Positions 9,763-18,142 of a stretch of DNA of 64,000 nt are shown here, piece by piece. Positions within the stretch are counted from its first letter, which is position 1. Each line of letters opens with the position of its first letter. Position numbers and translations under genes: made by a program. The notes under the pieces were generated by a model. That model saw nothing but the letters and a program-made list of their open reading frames with translations. It did not search any database and had not been told where the DNA came from. The stretch is from Thermoanaerobaculia bacterium (lineage in GTDB: Bacteria > Acidobacteriota > Thermoanaerobaculia > Gp7-AA8), in the NCBI GenBank assembly GCA_035629865.1, contig DASPHC010000146.1, forward strand, positions 53,420 to 117,419, written 5' to 3'.

Positions 9763-10054
9763 GAAGAGATCGATCGTTGTCCCGTCACTGATTCTGCTGG
9801 TCGTCGTCCTCGCGCTACCGGCATGCCGGGACCGCGAGGCCACGGCCGGAGGGGAGGCGACGGAGACGATCGCACCCGCTTCGCCGCAGCCGCAGCCGAC
9901 CGGAACGGATGCCATGACCCAGACGGTGGACGTGGAGGCCGGACGCTCGGAGGCGGAGGGGGGCGGCCCGAGCAACCCGAACGCGCCGCTCGACACGGCT
10001 ACGGATACTGCTGCCACGACCGCCACCACGCCGCCCACGACGACGACGCGCTGA
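9763..10054 (+). CDS. Small lipoprotein with a Thr/Ala-rich tail
   Basis: GTG start after GGAGAG. Signal peptide with lipobox LPAC. It lies in the 3' tail of the spurious ORF 8288..10054. Confidence 0.4.
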
Positions 10055-10055
10055 G

Positions 10056-10823
10056 ATGCCGGGTGCTGCCGGCGCCCTCTACCCTCTGTTGATCGAGCGC
10101 GAGCTCGACGCGATCCCGGCCGCGGCCCGCTCGTTCGCCGAGTCGCAGTCGGAGGAGGAGCTGTGGGTGGCCGTGGCGCGCTTCGCCGTGCTGGCGTACG
10201 CACCGTCGCAGCACGCGAAGCGGGCGGTGATGGCGGTTTGGGCCGCGCACGCGGTACGGGATTTCGCCGGTGACCGATGGGTCGATTGGATCGTCGAGTG
10301 CGCGCGCTATTCGGCGGAGAGCCGTCCGCCGTGGAGCGAGCCGCCGATTCTGGACGATCTGGCGGTTGATGAATCGCGGCTGACAGAGATCCGGGACGGC
10401 GATGCGCTGCTGATGCTCGATACGGCAAGGGCGCTGGAGCCGCTGCTGGGGGAGAAGGGGAGGGCGGCACTGCTGCGCATGCCGCTGGAGGAGTTGGGGG
10501 TGGGTGGCGAAGAGGTCAACGGGACGCTGGAGTCGCTGGTGGACCAGGCGATCGCGTCGCAAGGCGCGGTAGATGATGTGCGTGCGGTGTTCGTGGCGAT
10601 CGCGAAGCGTGAGCTCCATCCGTCCCATGAGTCCCATCAGTCCCATTCGTCCCATGGGACCTATGGGACTCTTTTGCCTTACCACCTGGCCCGAGACTAC
10701 GCCCAGACCCTGATCGCTCACGCCTACGGCCGCCGGCTGGACTACCGCACCGATGAATTTCTCGCCGCCGTCCACTACAACCTCGAACACGGCGACAATT
10801 ACGCGGAATGGAGCTTCGCCTGA
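10056..10823 (+). CDS. Hypothetical protein
   Basis: A 255-aa ORF that starts 1 nt after the preceding stop. It contains an in-frame insertion of GTCCCAT 9-mers. Confidence 0.4.
   Translation: MPGAAGALYPLLIERELDAIPAAARSFAESQSEEELWVAVARFAVLAYAPSQHAKRAVMAVWAAHAVRDFAGDRWVDWIVECARYSAESRPPWSEPPILDDLAVDESRLTEIRDGDALLMLDTARALEPLLGEKGRAALLRMPLEELGVGGEEVNGTLESLVDQAIASQGAVDDVRAVFVAIAKRELHPSHESHQSHSSHGTYGTLLPYHLARDYAQTLIAHAYGRRLDYRTDEFLAAVHYNLEHGDNYAEWSFA
10617..10668. repeat. GGGAC/GTCCC 9-mer repeat copy lying in-frame inside a CDS (encodes HPSHESHQSHSSHGTYGT)
   Basis: The stretch catgagtcccatcagtcccattcgtcccatgggacctatggga is the same unit family as at 6868, 27733 and 63961. Confidence 0.5.
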
Positions 10824-10936
10824 ATTTCGTGCAACGCAGCCTCACCAGAACGCCGGCGCGGGACGCCGCCGGTCCAGCCGACGTGACGTCGGCGCTCCGT
10901 CGCACGGACCGCACGCAGTCGCTATCCGAAACGCCG

Positions 10937-12184
10937 ATGTCTCGCGTTGGAGCGCCGACGTCGCGTCGGCTGGCGTGGCGGCGTCTCGCCGGCACTGCGG
11001 CGTCTCGCCGCCGGTTTGCTGCGCTGACACTCGCCGTTCTACTCACTGCCTGCGCCACCGCCCCACCGCCGCCCTCCCTCCCTTCCCGCATCGACGCGGC
11101 CATCGATCGGCCGACCGTCCGCCACGCGTACTGGTCGATCCTCGTGGAGGAAGCGGACGGGCGCGTCCTCTACGAGCACAATGCCGACAAGCTGAACATG
11201 CCGGCGTCGAACCGGAAGGTCTTTGCCGCGGCCACGATCGCGAACTGTCTCGGCCTCGAGACCCGGCTGCAGACGGAGATCTGGCGCGACGGTGAGGATC
11301 TGGTCCTGCGCGGCGACGGCGATCCGTCGCTCGGCTCCTGGCGTTACTACCGGGAGAATGATTTCGACGTCCTCGCACAGCAGTTGCGGGCGCAGGGCGT
11401 CACCCGCGTGCGCGACGTGATCGCCGACGTCTCGCTCTTCGACAGGATCACCATCCCCGGCTCCTGGAAACACGGGAACATCGGCAGCGACTACGCGGCG
11501 CCCGTCGATGCGCTGACCTGGGGGGAGAGCGAGGTTCCGGTCGATCGCGCCGTTCCCGACTCCGGCCTGCACGCGGCGAATGCGCTGCGCGAGGCGCTCC
11601 TCCTCCGCGACGTCGAGGTGACGGGCACCACCCGCCTGCAGACCGAGCCGCGCGTCTGGCCGGAGAAGCTGGCTGTGCTGCCGTCGCCGTTCGTCTCGCA
11701 ACTGCTGACGACGGTGCTGAAGAACAGCCACAACCTCTACACGGAGATGCTCTTGAAGCGCGCCGGCGGCGGTACGTACGAGCGCGCATTCGCCCTGGAG
11801 CGCGAGCTGCTCACTCGCGAGCTGGCCGTCAACGGCGAGTGGTTCCGCTTCGTCGACGGCTCCGGCCTCGCTCCCGACGACCTGGTCACTCCCCGGGCCA
11901 CGGTCAAGGCGCTGCGCTGGATGCACGACCCCGTCCGCCGAGGCTTCTGGTGGTCCGTTCTCGCCCAGCCGGCCAGCGAAGGGACGCTGCGCCGCCGCCT
12001 TCTCCCCCTCGAACAGCGTCTGCGAGGCAAGACCGGCACGATCAACGGAGTGAATGCGCTCTCCGGAATCCTCGAGATGCCCGGCGGAGGATTCCGCTAT
12101 TTCTGCGTCGTGGTCAACCACCACGCCGGAGATGCGGACGCGGTGGCGGTGATCGACGAGATCGTCCGGATGGTGGCCGAGTGA
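10937..12184 (+). CDS. dacB: D-alanyl-D-alanine carboxypeptidase/endopeptidase (PBP4/DacB, peptidase S13 family)
   Basis: SxxK (SNRK), SxN (SHN) and KTG (GKTGT) motifs. Lipoprotein-like signal peptide RRRFAALTLAVLLTACATA. I chose ATG 10937 over the upstream extension that overlaps the previous gene. Confidence 0.8.
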   Translation: MSRVGAPTSRRLAWRRLAGTAASRRRFAALTLAVLLTACATAPPPPSLPSRIDAAIDRPTVRHAYWSILVEEADGRVLYEHNADKLNMPASNRKVFAAATIANCLGLETRLQTEIWRDGEDLVLRGDGDPSLGSWRYYRENDFDVLAQQLRAQGVTRVRDVIADVSLFDRITIPGSWKHGNIGSDYAAPVDALTWGESEVPVDRAVPDSGLHAANALREALLLRDVEVTGTTRLQTEPRVWPEKLAVLPSPFVSQLLTTVLKNSHNLYTEMLLKRAGGGTYERAFALERELLTRELAVNGEWFRFVDGSGLAPDDLVTPRATVKALRWMHDPVRRGFWWSVLAQPASEGTLRRRLLPLEQRLRGKTGTINGVNALSGILEMPGGGFRYFCVVVNHHAGDADAVAVIDEIVRMVAE

Positions 12185-12190
12185 GAGTCC

Positions 12191-13678
12191 TCAGCGCTTG
12201 ACGAACGTCTCGCCGAAGATCGAAAGCGTCCGGACCTTCCGCTCCCCGTCCAACTCGAACTCCACCTGTTCATCCACGTCGTCGTACGTCGATTCGGCGT
12301 TGAAGACGTCGTAGTGAAAGTGGGTGAGGGGGATGGTCATGCGGCTCCACTGGAGGACGAGCTGGCCATCCACCTCCGAGATCTTCGCCGTGCCGTAGGC
12401 GCGGCTCTCGTAGTCGCCGGTGTAGCTCGCGAGGGCGTGTGTCGGCGTGGTGTTCGGGATTCTCTTCGCGAGCCGCGTTTCTTTGTCGCGTGCGTCTTTC
12501 TCGTCGTACTTGCGGTCGATCATCAGGTAGTACGGGTTCCAGTCGCGGCCGTTCTTGCCGGACAGAAGATCCGCCAGGGCGTTGCGGAGGGAGATGACGG
12601 CCATGCCGCGGCCGGAGTTGATCATCACCACGAAGCCGGCGTTGCGCTCGGGGAGGAGATCGACGTGCGTGCGAAAGCCGTTCAACGCGCCGGCATGCGA
12701 GACCAGCAGCTCGCCGCGGTAGTCCTGCACCACCCATCCCATCCCGTACGCCATCACGTTCGTTTCGGGGTTGGCGTCGCGAGCGAGGTTCTCGCGGCGG
12801 ATCACCGTATGGGGCGTCTTCGTCTCCTCCAGCACTGCCGGGTCGACGAGCTGCGTGAGGTCGTACACGCCGTTGGCGAGGTGGAAACGGATCCAGTTCC
12901 CCATGTCGCGCGCATTCGACTTGATCGCGCCGGCCGCGCCCAGGGTCGCGGTGTCGATCGGACGCTGCGGGGAGAGCCGGTCCGTCTTCCAGTCGTAGCG
13001 ATAGCCGCTGGCGTGGTCGCCGGAGTCGTTCCACTCGCGGTCGGAGATGATCGTGCGGGTCATTCCGAGCGGCTTGAAGATGCGCGCCTTCATGAATTCG
13101 TCCCACGACATCCCGGACGCGCTGGCGACTGCCTCTCCGGCGGCGATGAACGTGATGTTCTGGTACTGATACGCGCTGCGGAACGGCTTGGTGAGCTCGA
13201 CCTGGCCGATGCGGCGGATGACATCCTCGCGCGTCCACGGCGAGTTATCCCACAACGCGTCGTGGCGAGTGAGGCCCGTGCGGTGGGTGACGATGTCGCG
13301 AAGCCTGACCTGCGAGTCGGCGCACAGGTCGCTGAGGCGGAAGTAGCCGACGTGCTGGCGGACGGGATCGTCCCAGGAGAGTTTCCCGTCGCTGACCAGC
13401 ATCGCCAGTGCGGTGCTGGTGAAGGCTTTGGTGGTGGAGGCGATCTGGAAGAGGGTGTCGGGTGTGACCGCCGCGCCGCCGAGCTCTTTCACTCCGTAGC
13501 CCTGGGCGTAGATGACGCGGTCGTTTTTCACGACGGCGACGGCGGCGCCGGGGATCTGCCACGCCTTCATGGTGGAGGTCATGATTTTGTCGATCGCTTT
13601 GGCGTCGACGACGATGTGCTGGGCCGGAAGGGAAGTGGTGAGGACGCAGGTGAAGATCAGTACCGCTGCCAAACGCAT
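12191..13678 (-). CDS. Class C beta-lactamase-related serine hydrolase with a C-terminal extra domain
   Basis: Signal peptide. SxxK (STTK) and YxN (YQN) motifs. Long C-terminal extension. Confidence 0.85.
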   Translation of the reverse strand: MRLAAVLIFTCVLTTSLPAQHIVVDAKAIDKIMTSTMKAWQIPGAAVAVVKNDRVIYAQGYGVKELGGAAVTPDTLFQIASTTKAFTSTALAMLVSDGKLSWDDPVRQHVGYFRLSDLCADSQVRLRDIVTHRTGLTRHDALWDNSPWTREDVIRRIGQVELTKPFRSAYQYQNITFIAAGEAVASASGMSWDEFMKARIFKPLGMTRTIISDREWNDSGDHASGYRYDWKTDRLSPQRPIDTATLGAAGAIKSNARDMGNWIRFHLANGVYDLTQLVDPAVLEETKTPHTVIRRENLARDANPETNVMAYGMGWVVQDYRGELLVSHAGALNGFRTHVDLLPERNAGFVVMINSGRGMAVISLRNALADLLSGKNGRDWNPYYLMIDRKYDEKDARDKETRLAKRIPNTTPTHALASYTGDYESRAYGTAKISEVDGQLVLQWSRMTIPLTHFHYDVFNAESTYDDVDEQVEFELDGERKVRTLSIFGETFVKR

Positions 13679-13707
13679 CCGTTGATTGTAACCAACGAAG
13701 AGGGAAC

Positions 13708-13844
13708 GACGGGGGGCCTCCGGCGGGCGGGCCCGGCCCGCAGCGTTTGTTTTCGCGTGAACCGCGATTCGAGCGAGAGGCGCGCGTTCAGGCTAGGCCA
13801 ACAAACGCGGCGGGCCGGGCCGGCCCGCCGGAGGCCCCCCGTCG
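13708..13844. repeat. Family-1 palindromic element (roughly 140 bp; about 36-bp GC-rich stem and about 50-nt loop), copy 1
   Basis: gcctccggcgggcgggcccggcccgcagcgtttgtt pairs with aacaaacgcggcgggccgggccggcccgccggaggc. Small ORFs with MATNAAGRAGPPEA peptides in the track are artefacts of this repeat. Confidence 0.8.
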
Positions 13845-13857
13845 TCTCTCGCCGTTG

Positions 13858-14661
13858 CTACAACCGTACGATCTGATTGACAGCGGCGACGATCTTCAGC
13901 GACCGGGCCGACCGGCCGAGCGTCACTTCCGACAGCCCGTTCGACATCAGCGCCTTCTGGCCGTGCTTCTGCCACCAGCGCCCGACGAAGATCTGCTTGC
14001 CGATGCGGCCGATCACCAGCTCCCCGCTGGCGGCGCGGCCGCGGGGGCGAAGCTCGACGATCAGCAGGTCCCCGTCCTCGATTCCCTGGTCGCGCATGTT
14101 GTCGCCGCGGGCCCGGAAGACGATTTCACCCTCTTCCACCAGGTTGGGTGGGAAGGCGAGAGTTTCCTTCGACTCCTCGTTGATCGCATCGCCGTGACGG
14201 ATCTCACCAGCGGTGACGATCTGGGCCCACTCCGGACCTTCCCGCACCACACCTCCATTCCCCGGCGTGGGCTGACTGATCCTTCGGATCGGCATGCGCG
14301 GGAACGTGACCTCGGCGTGTGCGCCATCCTGCGAGCCGTTGCCTCCCAGCAGCGTCTCGGCGCGGGCGAGGATCACCTGCGCGCGATGCGCTTCCGCGCG
14401 CGCCTCGCGGATCGTGTCGGCGAGCAGCGGGACGTTGAGCGTGGAGCGTTCCGGCTCGCTCGAACGGACGGCGAGATCGGTGCCGAAGCTGATCGCCGTC
14501 AGGTCCAGCACCTGCGCGACGCGCTGCAGGATATTGATCGACACGTTGGCTCCCTTCTCGAGGGCAGCCAGGTGACGGCGGCTCACTCCGGCGAGCTTGG
14601 CGAGGCGCGCCTGGGTGAGGTTCTTTCGAATCCGGGCTTCTTTGATGGTTTCACCGAGCAT
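13858..14661 (-). CDS. CI/LexA-like repressor: XRE-type HTH plus S24 peptidase (autocleavage) domain
   Basis: N-terminal HTH LTQARLAKLAGVSRRHLAALEKG. The C-terminal S24 Ser/Lys dyad is in GDNM and IGRIGKQ. Confidence 0.8.
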   Translation of the reverse strand: MLGETIKEARIRKNLTQARLAKLAGVSRRHLAALEKGANVSINILQRVAQVLDLTAISFGTDLAVRSSEPERSTLNVPLLADTIREARAEAHRAQVILARAETLLGGNGSQDGAHAEVTFPRMPIRRISQPTPGNGGVVREGPEWAQIVTAGEIRHGDAINEESKETLAFPPNLVEEGEIVFRARGDNMRDQGIEDGDLLIVELRPRGRAASGELVIGRIGKQIFVGRWWQKHGQKALMSNGLSEVTLGRSARSLKIVAAVNQIVRL

Positions 14662-14953
14662 AAATTGGAACTTATAGGTTACTCACTGCGTGAGCGATCG
14701 GCAACACACTTCGCAACACCGGCCGGCGGCGTCAGAGTGGGACGAGTGTGCGAAGGCTCGATCGAAGAGCTGAAACAGAGACGTTCATACAAAGGCACTC
14801 TCGCACACGGAGTGACGCTCAGACACTTTTCCACCCCCTGTGGAGCGGATGAGTGTCGGGCTAGGTTGCGGCGGGATGGAAAGGAGGAAGTCCAGTGTCA
14901 CCTATGAGTTGCGCAATATCGTGCGCGTCCCGTCGACTGAGGAGCAGATCCGG

Positions 14954-14996
14954 ATTGACATCCATCCTGCTCCTCCCTATAGTGCAGGATACTGCA
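14954..14996 (+). promoter_or_regulatory. Sigma70-like promoter (TTGACA-17-TATAGT) with a palindromic operator TGCAG-GATA-CTGCA overlapping the -10, just upstream of the Cro-like gene
   Basis: Read directly from the sequence. Coordinates are accurate to about 1 nt. A second palindrome, CTCAC-TGC-GTGAG, lies around 14688-14700 in front of the divergent repressor. Confidence 0.5.
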
Positions 14997-14997
14997 C

Positions 14998-15219
14998 ATG
15001 ACTACACGTCTCGAGAAGTTCCTCAAGAGCCGGGGAATCAAGCCGGCCCACCTGGCGCGGGAGTCCGGATACAGCCGTCAGCACCTGCTGCGGATCCGGA
15101 CCGGACGGATGGAGCCGACGCGGCGCTGCATCGTGGCGATCGCATCGGCCTGCCGCCGTCTGTCCGGCGAACAGGTGCGGGCGCACGATCTCTTCGACCT
15201 CGAAGGGGAGGATGAGTAG
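14998..15219 (+). CDS. Small XRE-family HTH protein (Cro-like), divergent from the S24 repressor
   Basis: A 73-aa protein containing LARESGYSRQHLLRIRTG. Confidence 0.6.
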   Translation: MTTRLEKFLKSRGIKPAHLARESGYSRQHLLRIRTGRMEPTRRCIVAIASACRRLSGEQVRAHDLFDLEGEDE

Positions 15220-15225
15220 CAGCCA

Positions 15226-15612
15226 TTGCAGCAGGTGGAGCATAGCTCCGGGCTCGCGATGTTCACAATTCGCCGTGTCGCGGTAGTCGAAGGAAACCGC
15301 ACTGCTGGGGAAATGCTGCACACTTTCTTCCGCCTGATGGAGCTGGAGTGCTCCCTGGTGCGCGCCGGTTTCGAGGCCGTTCCCACGCTCCGTAGACTTC
15401 GCCCCGACGTCGTGATCCTCGATCTGGACCTCCCACATCTACAGGCGCTGGAGATCGCACGCGGAATCCGCAGCTTCGAGCCCGGCCTGCCGGTGGTCCT
15501 GCTCACTGACCGCGAGCCCGAAATGGTTGCCTTCGACGCCCCGGTCCTGCGAAAACCGCACGACCGGTTCGAGGAACTGCTTGGGTTACTGGAAGTGATG
15601 CTGCGGCTCTAG
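15226..15612 (+). CDS. Stand-alone response-regulator receiver-domain protein (degenerate acidic pocket)
   Basis: VVILDLDLP has the phospho-acceptor Asp and RKP the conserved Lys. The N-terminal DD is replaced by VVEGN. The start may instead be ATG 15259. Confidence 0.5.
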   Translation: MQQVEHSSGLAMFTIRRVAVVEGNRTAGEMLHTFFRLMELECSLVRAGFEAVPTLRRLRPDVVILDLDLPHLQALEIARGIRSFEPGLPVVLLTDREPEMVAFDAPVLRKPHDRFEELLGLLEVMLRL

Positions 15613-15619
15613 TCGCCGT

Positions 15620-15666
15620 TCATCGCTCATCTCTCGCTCATCTCTCATCTCTCATCTCTCATCTCT
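15620..15666. repeat. Heptanucleotide microsatellite (TCATCTC) x 5
   Basis: ctcatctctcgctcatctctcatctctcatctctcatctctg lies between the receiver gene and the next gene's start. Confidence 0.6.
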
Positions 15667-15755
15667 GTCTTCTCCACTGTTCACCATTCCGTCACTAACC
15701 ACTCACCACCCTTTGCGTACTTACGAACGACTTCGTAGCAAAGTTGGGGGTGTTC

Positions 15756-17972
15756 ATGAAGCGAGCTGCCTGCGTTGCGTTCCTTCTTCTGTCCGTCGTC
15801 CGTCCGTCCGCCGCCCAGCCGGTTGTCCTCGCGCCGACCGAAGCAGCCATCCAGATCGACGGAAACCTCAGCGATGCTGTCTGGCAGAACGCCACGAAAT
15901 ACGAGATCTGGTACGAGACCAATCCGGGCGACAACATCGAGCCGAGCGTGAAAACAGTCGGCTACGTCACCTACGACAGCCGTTTCCTCTACTTCGGCGT
16001 CGAATCGATCGACCCGAATCCCGGCGCGATCAGCGCCCCCTTCGCCGACCACGACCAGATCAGCGGCAACACCGACGACTACGTCGGCGTCCTGCTCGAC
16101 ACCCGCAACGACGGGAAGAGCGGCTATCTCTTTCTTCTCACCGCGCGCGGCGTGCAGTACGACGCCATCACCGACGACGCCGGGAACGGCGAGGACAACT
16201 CACCCGACTTCTTCTGGGACTCGGAGGCGCGCATCCATGAGAAAGGGTGGACCGCGGAAGCGCGCATCCCCTTCTCCTCTCTGCGCTACGACGGTGCCAG
16301 CCCGGAGCAGTGGGGGCTGATGCTCTACCGCAACTACCCGCGCGACCGCCGTTATCAGATGTTCACCAACAAGCTGCCACGCGACAAGAGCTGCTTCGTC
16401 TGCAGTTGGGGGAAGGTCACCGGCCTGCGCGGCCTGCCGACCGGCGACCACATGGTCATCGCCCCCTACGCGACGGCGAACCAGGTCGGGCAGCCGCGCG
16501 ACGAGGTGCTCGGCAATGAGTTCGTGAACCGCCCCGTCGGCGCCGAGGCGGGGCTCGACTTCAAATGGAGCCCGACCGCCGACATGGCCGTCGACGCGAC
16601 GATCAATCCCGACTTCTCGCAGATCGAATCCGACGTCGCGGTGATCTCGACCAACGAGCGTTTCGCCATCTTCATCCCGGAGAAGCGGCCCTTCTTCCTC
16701 GAAGGAGTCGACCTCTTCTCCACCCCCATCCAGGCCGTCTACACCCGCACCATCACCGCGCCGCGCTGGGGCGCGCGCACGACCGGCAAGACCGGCGATT
16801 ACGCCTACACGCTGCTGGTCGCGCAGGACCGCGGGGGCGGCGACGTCATTCTGCCGTCGGCCTTCGGCTCCGACTTCGCGCAGCAGGACTTTTCGTCGCT
16901 CGCCGCGATCGGCCGCCTGCGCCGCGACTTCGGCCAGCGCTCGCACGTCAGCTTCCTCGCCACGACCCGCGAGGCCGAAGGGGGCGCCCACAACCGCGTC
17001 TTCGGTCCCGACTTCCAGTGGCGCATTAACGACAACGACACCCTCACCGGCCAGGTGCTCTACAGCAGCACCCAGAACCCGGACCGCCCCGATCTCAGCG
17101 ACCAGTGGACCGGCCAGAAGCGCGGCGGCCACGCCGCGCACATGTGGTTCTCCCACAACACCGCCAAGAACGACTTTTACGTGCAGGGGAGCGACTACGA
17201 CGGGGAGTTCCGCGCCGATAACGGCTTCGTACCGCAGGTCGGCTGGCGCGGCGGCTACATGGAAGGGGGCCACACCTGGCGCCCCAAGGGGTTCTTCAGC
17301 CGCGTCCGCGCCTTCGGCATGACCGAGTACCAGCAGACGCAGGGCGGCGACCTGCTGTATCGCCTCATGTCGGCCGGCATCGCCGGCGACGGGAAGCGCC
17401 GTTCCTTCACCCGCATCCGCCTGGCGAAAGACTCGGTGGCCGCCGGCATCGGCGAGGTCTTCGACCGCGACCGCATCTATTACCAGGTGCAGTTCGCCGT
17501 CAGCCGCGTCATCAGCTTCCTCAGCTTCGACGGCTGGGTCGGCGACGAAGTCGACTTCTCCCAGAACCGCCTCGGCCGCGGCGCGAGCGTCAACAGCAGC
17601 GCCACCCTCCGCCCCTCGAACCACCTCCAGCTCGGCCTCACCTCCGGCATCCGCTGGCTCAACATCGACGGCGACCGCCTCTTCACCTCCCAGGTCGAAC
17701 GCCTCCGCGCCACCTACACCTTCAACCCCCGCATGTTCGTCCGCGCCATCGTCCAGAACGAGCGCACCAACCGCGACCAGGCCCTCTACGGCTTCGGCCC
17801 CCAATACACCGGCGGCCTCGCCGCCCAAGGCCTCTTCGCCTACAAACTGAACTGGCAGACCGTCTTCTACGTCGGCTTCGGCGACCTCCGCGAAGTAACG
17901 ACCGAGGAAGGGGAGTTCGAGCCCAGCAGCCGGCAGTTCTTCGCGAAGATCAGTTACGCGTTCCAGAGGTAA
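15756..17972 (+). CDS. Secreted CBM9-like/DUF5916-type protein (putative outer-membrane or exported hydrolase-like)
   Basis: Signal peptide MKRAACVAFLLLSVVRPSAAQ. The N-terminal IDGNLSDAVWQNATKYEIWYE is CBM9-like. Family assignment is from memory. Confidence 0.55.
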   Translation: MKRAACVAFLLLSVVRPSAAQPVVLAPTEAAIQIDGNLSDAVWQNATKYEIWYETNPGDNIEPSVKTVGYVTYDSRFLYFGVESIDPNPGAISAPFADHDQISGNTDDYVGVLLDTRNDGKSGYLFLLTARGVQYDAITDDAGNGEDNSPDFFWDSEARIHEKGWTAEARIPFSSLRYDGASPEQWGLMLYRNYPRDRRYQMFTNKLPRDKSCFVCSWGKVTGLRGLPTGDHMVIAPYATANQVGQPRDEVLGNEFVNRPVGAEAGLDFKWSPTADMAVDATINPDFSQIESDVAVISTNERFAIFIPEKRPFFLEGVDLFSTPIQAVYTRTITAPRWGARTTGKTGDYAYTLLVAQDRGGGDVILPSAFGSDFAQQDFSSLAAIGRLRRDFGQRSHVSFLATTREAEGGAHNRVFGPDFQWRINDNDTLTGQVLYSSTQNPDRPDLSDQWTGQKRGGHAAHMWFSHNTAKNDFYVQGSDYDGEFRADNGFVPQVGWRGGYMEGGHTWRPKGFFSRVRAFGMTEYQQTQGGDLLYRLMSAGIAGDGKRRSFTRIRLAKDSVAAGIGEVFDRDRIYYQVQFAVSRVISFLSFDGWVGDEVDFSQNRLGRGASVNSSATLRPSNHLQLGLTSGIRWLNIDGDRLFTSQVERLRATYTFNPRMFVRAIVQNERTNRDQALYGFGPQYTGGLAAQGLFAYKLNWQTVFYVGFGDLREVTTEEGEFEPSSRQFFAKISYAFQR

Positions 17973-17980
17973 CAGGGAAC

Positions 17981-18118
17981 GACGGGAGGCCTCCGGCGGG
18001 CCGGCACGGCCGGCAGCGTTTGTTTCCGCGTGAATCGCGTTTCGAGCGAGAAGCGCGCGCTCAGCCTATGGCAACCAACGCTGCCGGCCGTGCCGGCCCG
18101 CCGGAGGCCTCTCGTCGT
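17981..18118. repeat. Family-1 palindromic element, copy 2
   Basis: Same arms and loop as copy 1. It explains the spurious N-terminal extension of ORF 18020. Confidence 0.8.
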
Positions 18119-18142
18119 CCCTACTCGTATACTTCCGCGCGC

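Noticed and set aside
13747-14907. 386-aa plus-strand ORF and other ORFs beginning inside palindromic elements (18020 start, 25785..26594, 36888..37202, 58300..59028)
   Set aside because: Their N-termini are translations of the family-1 repeat (MATNAAGRAGPPEA...). The bodies are antisense to real genes.
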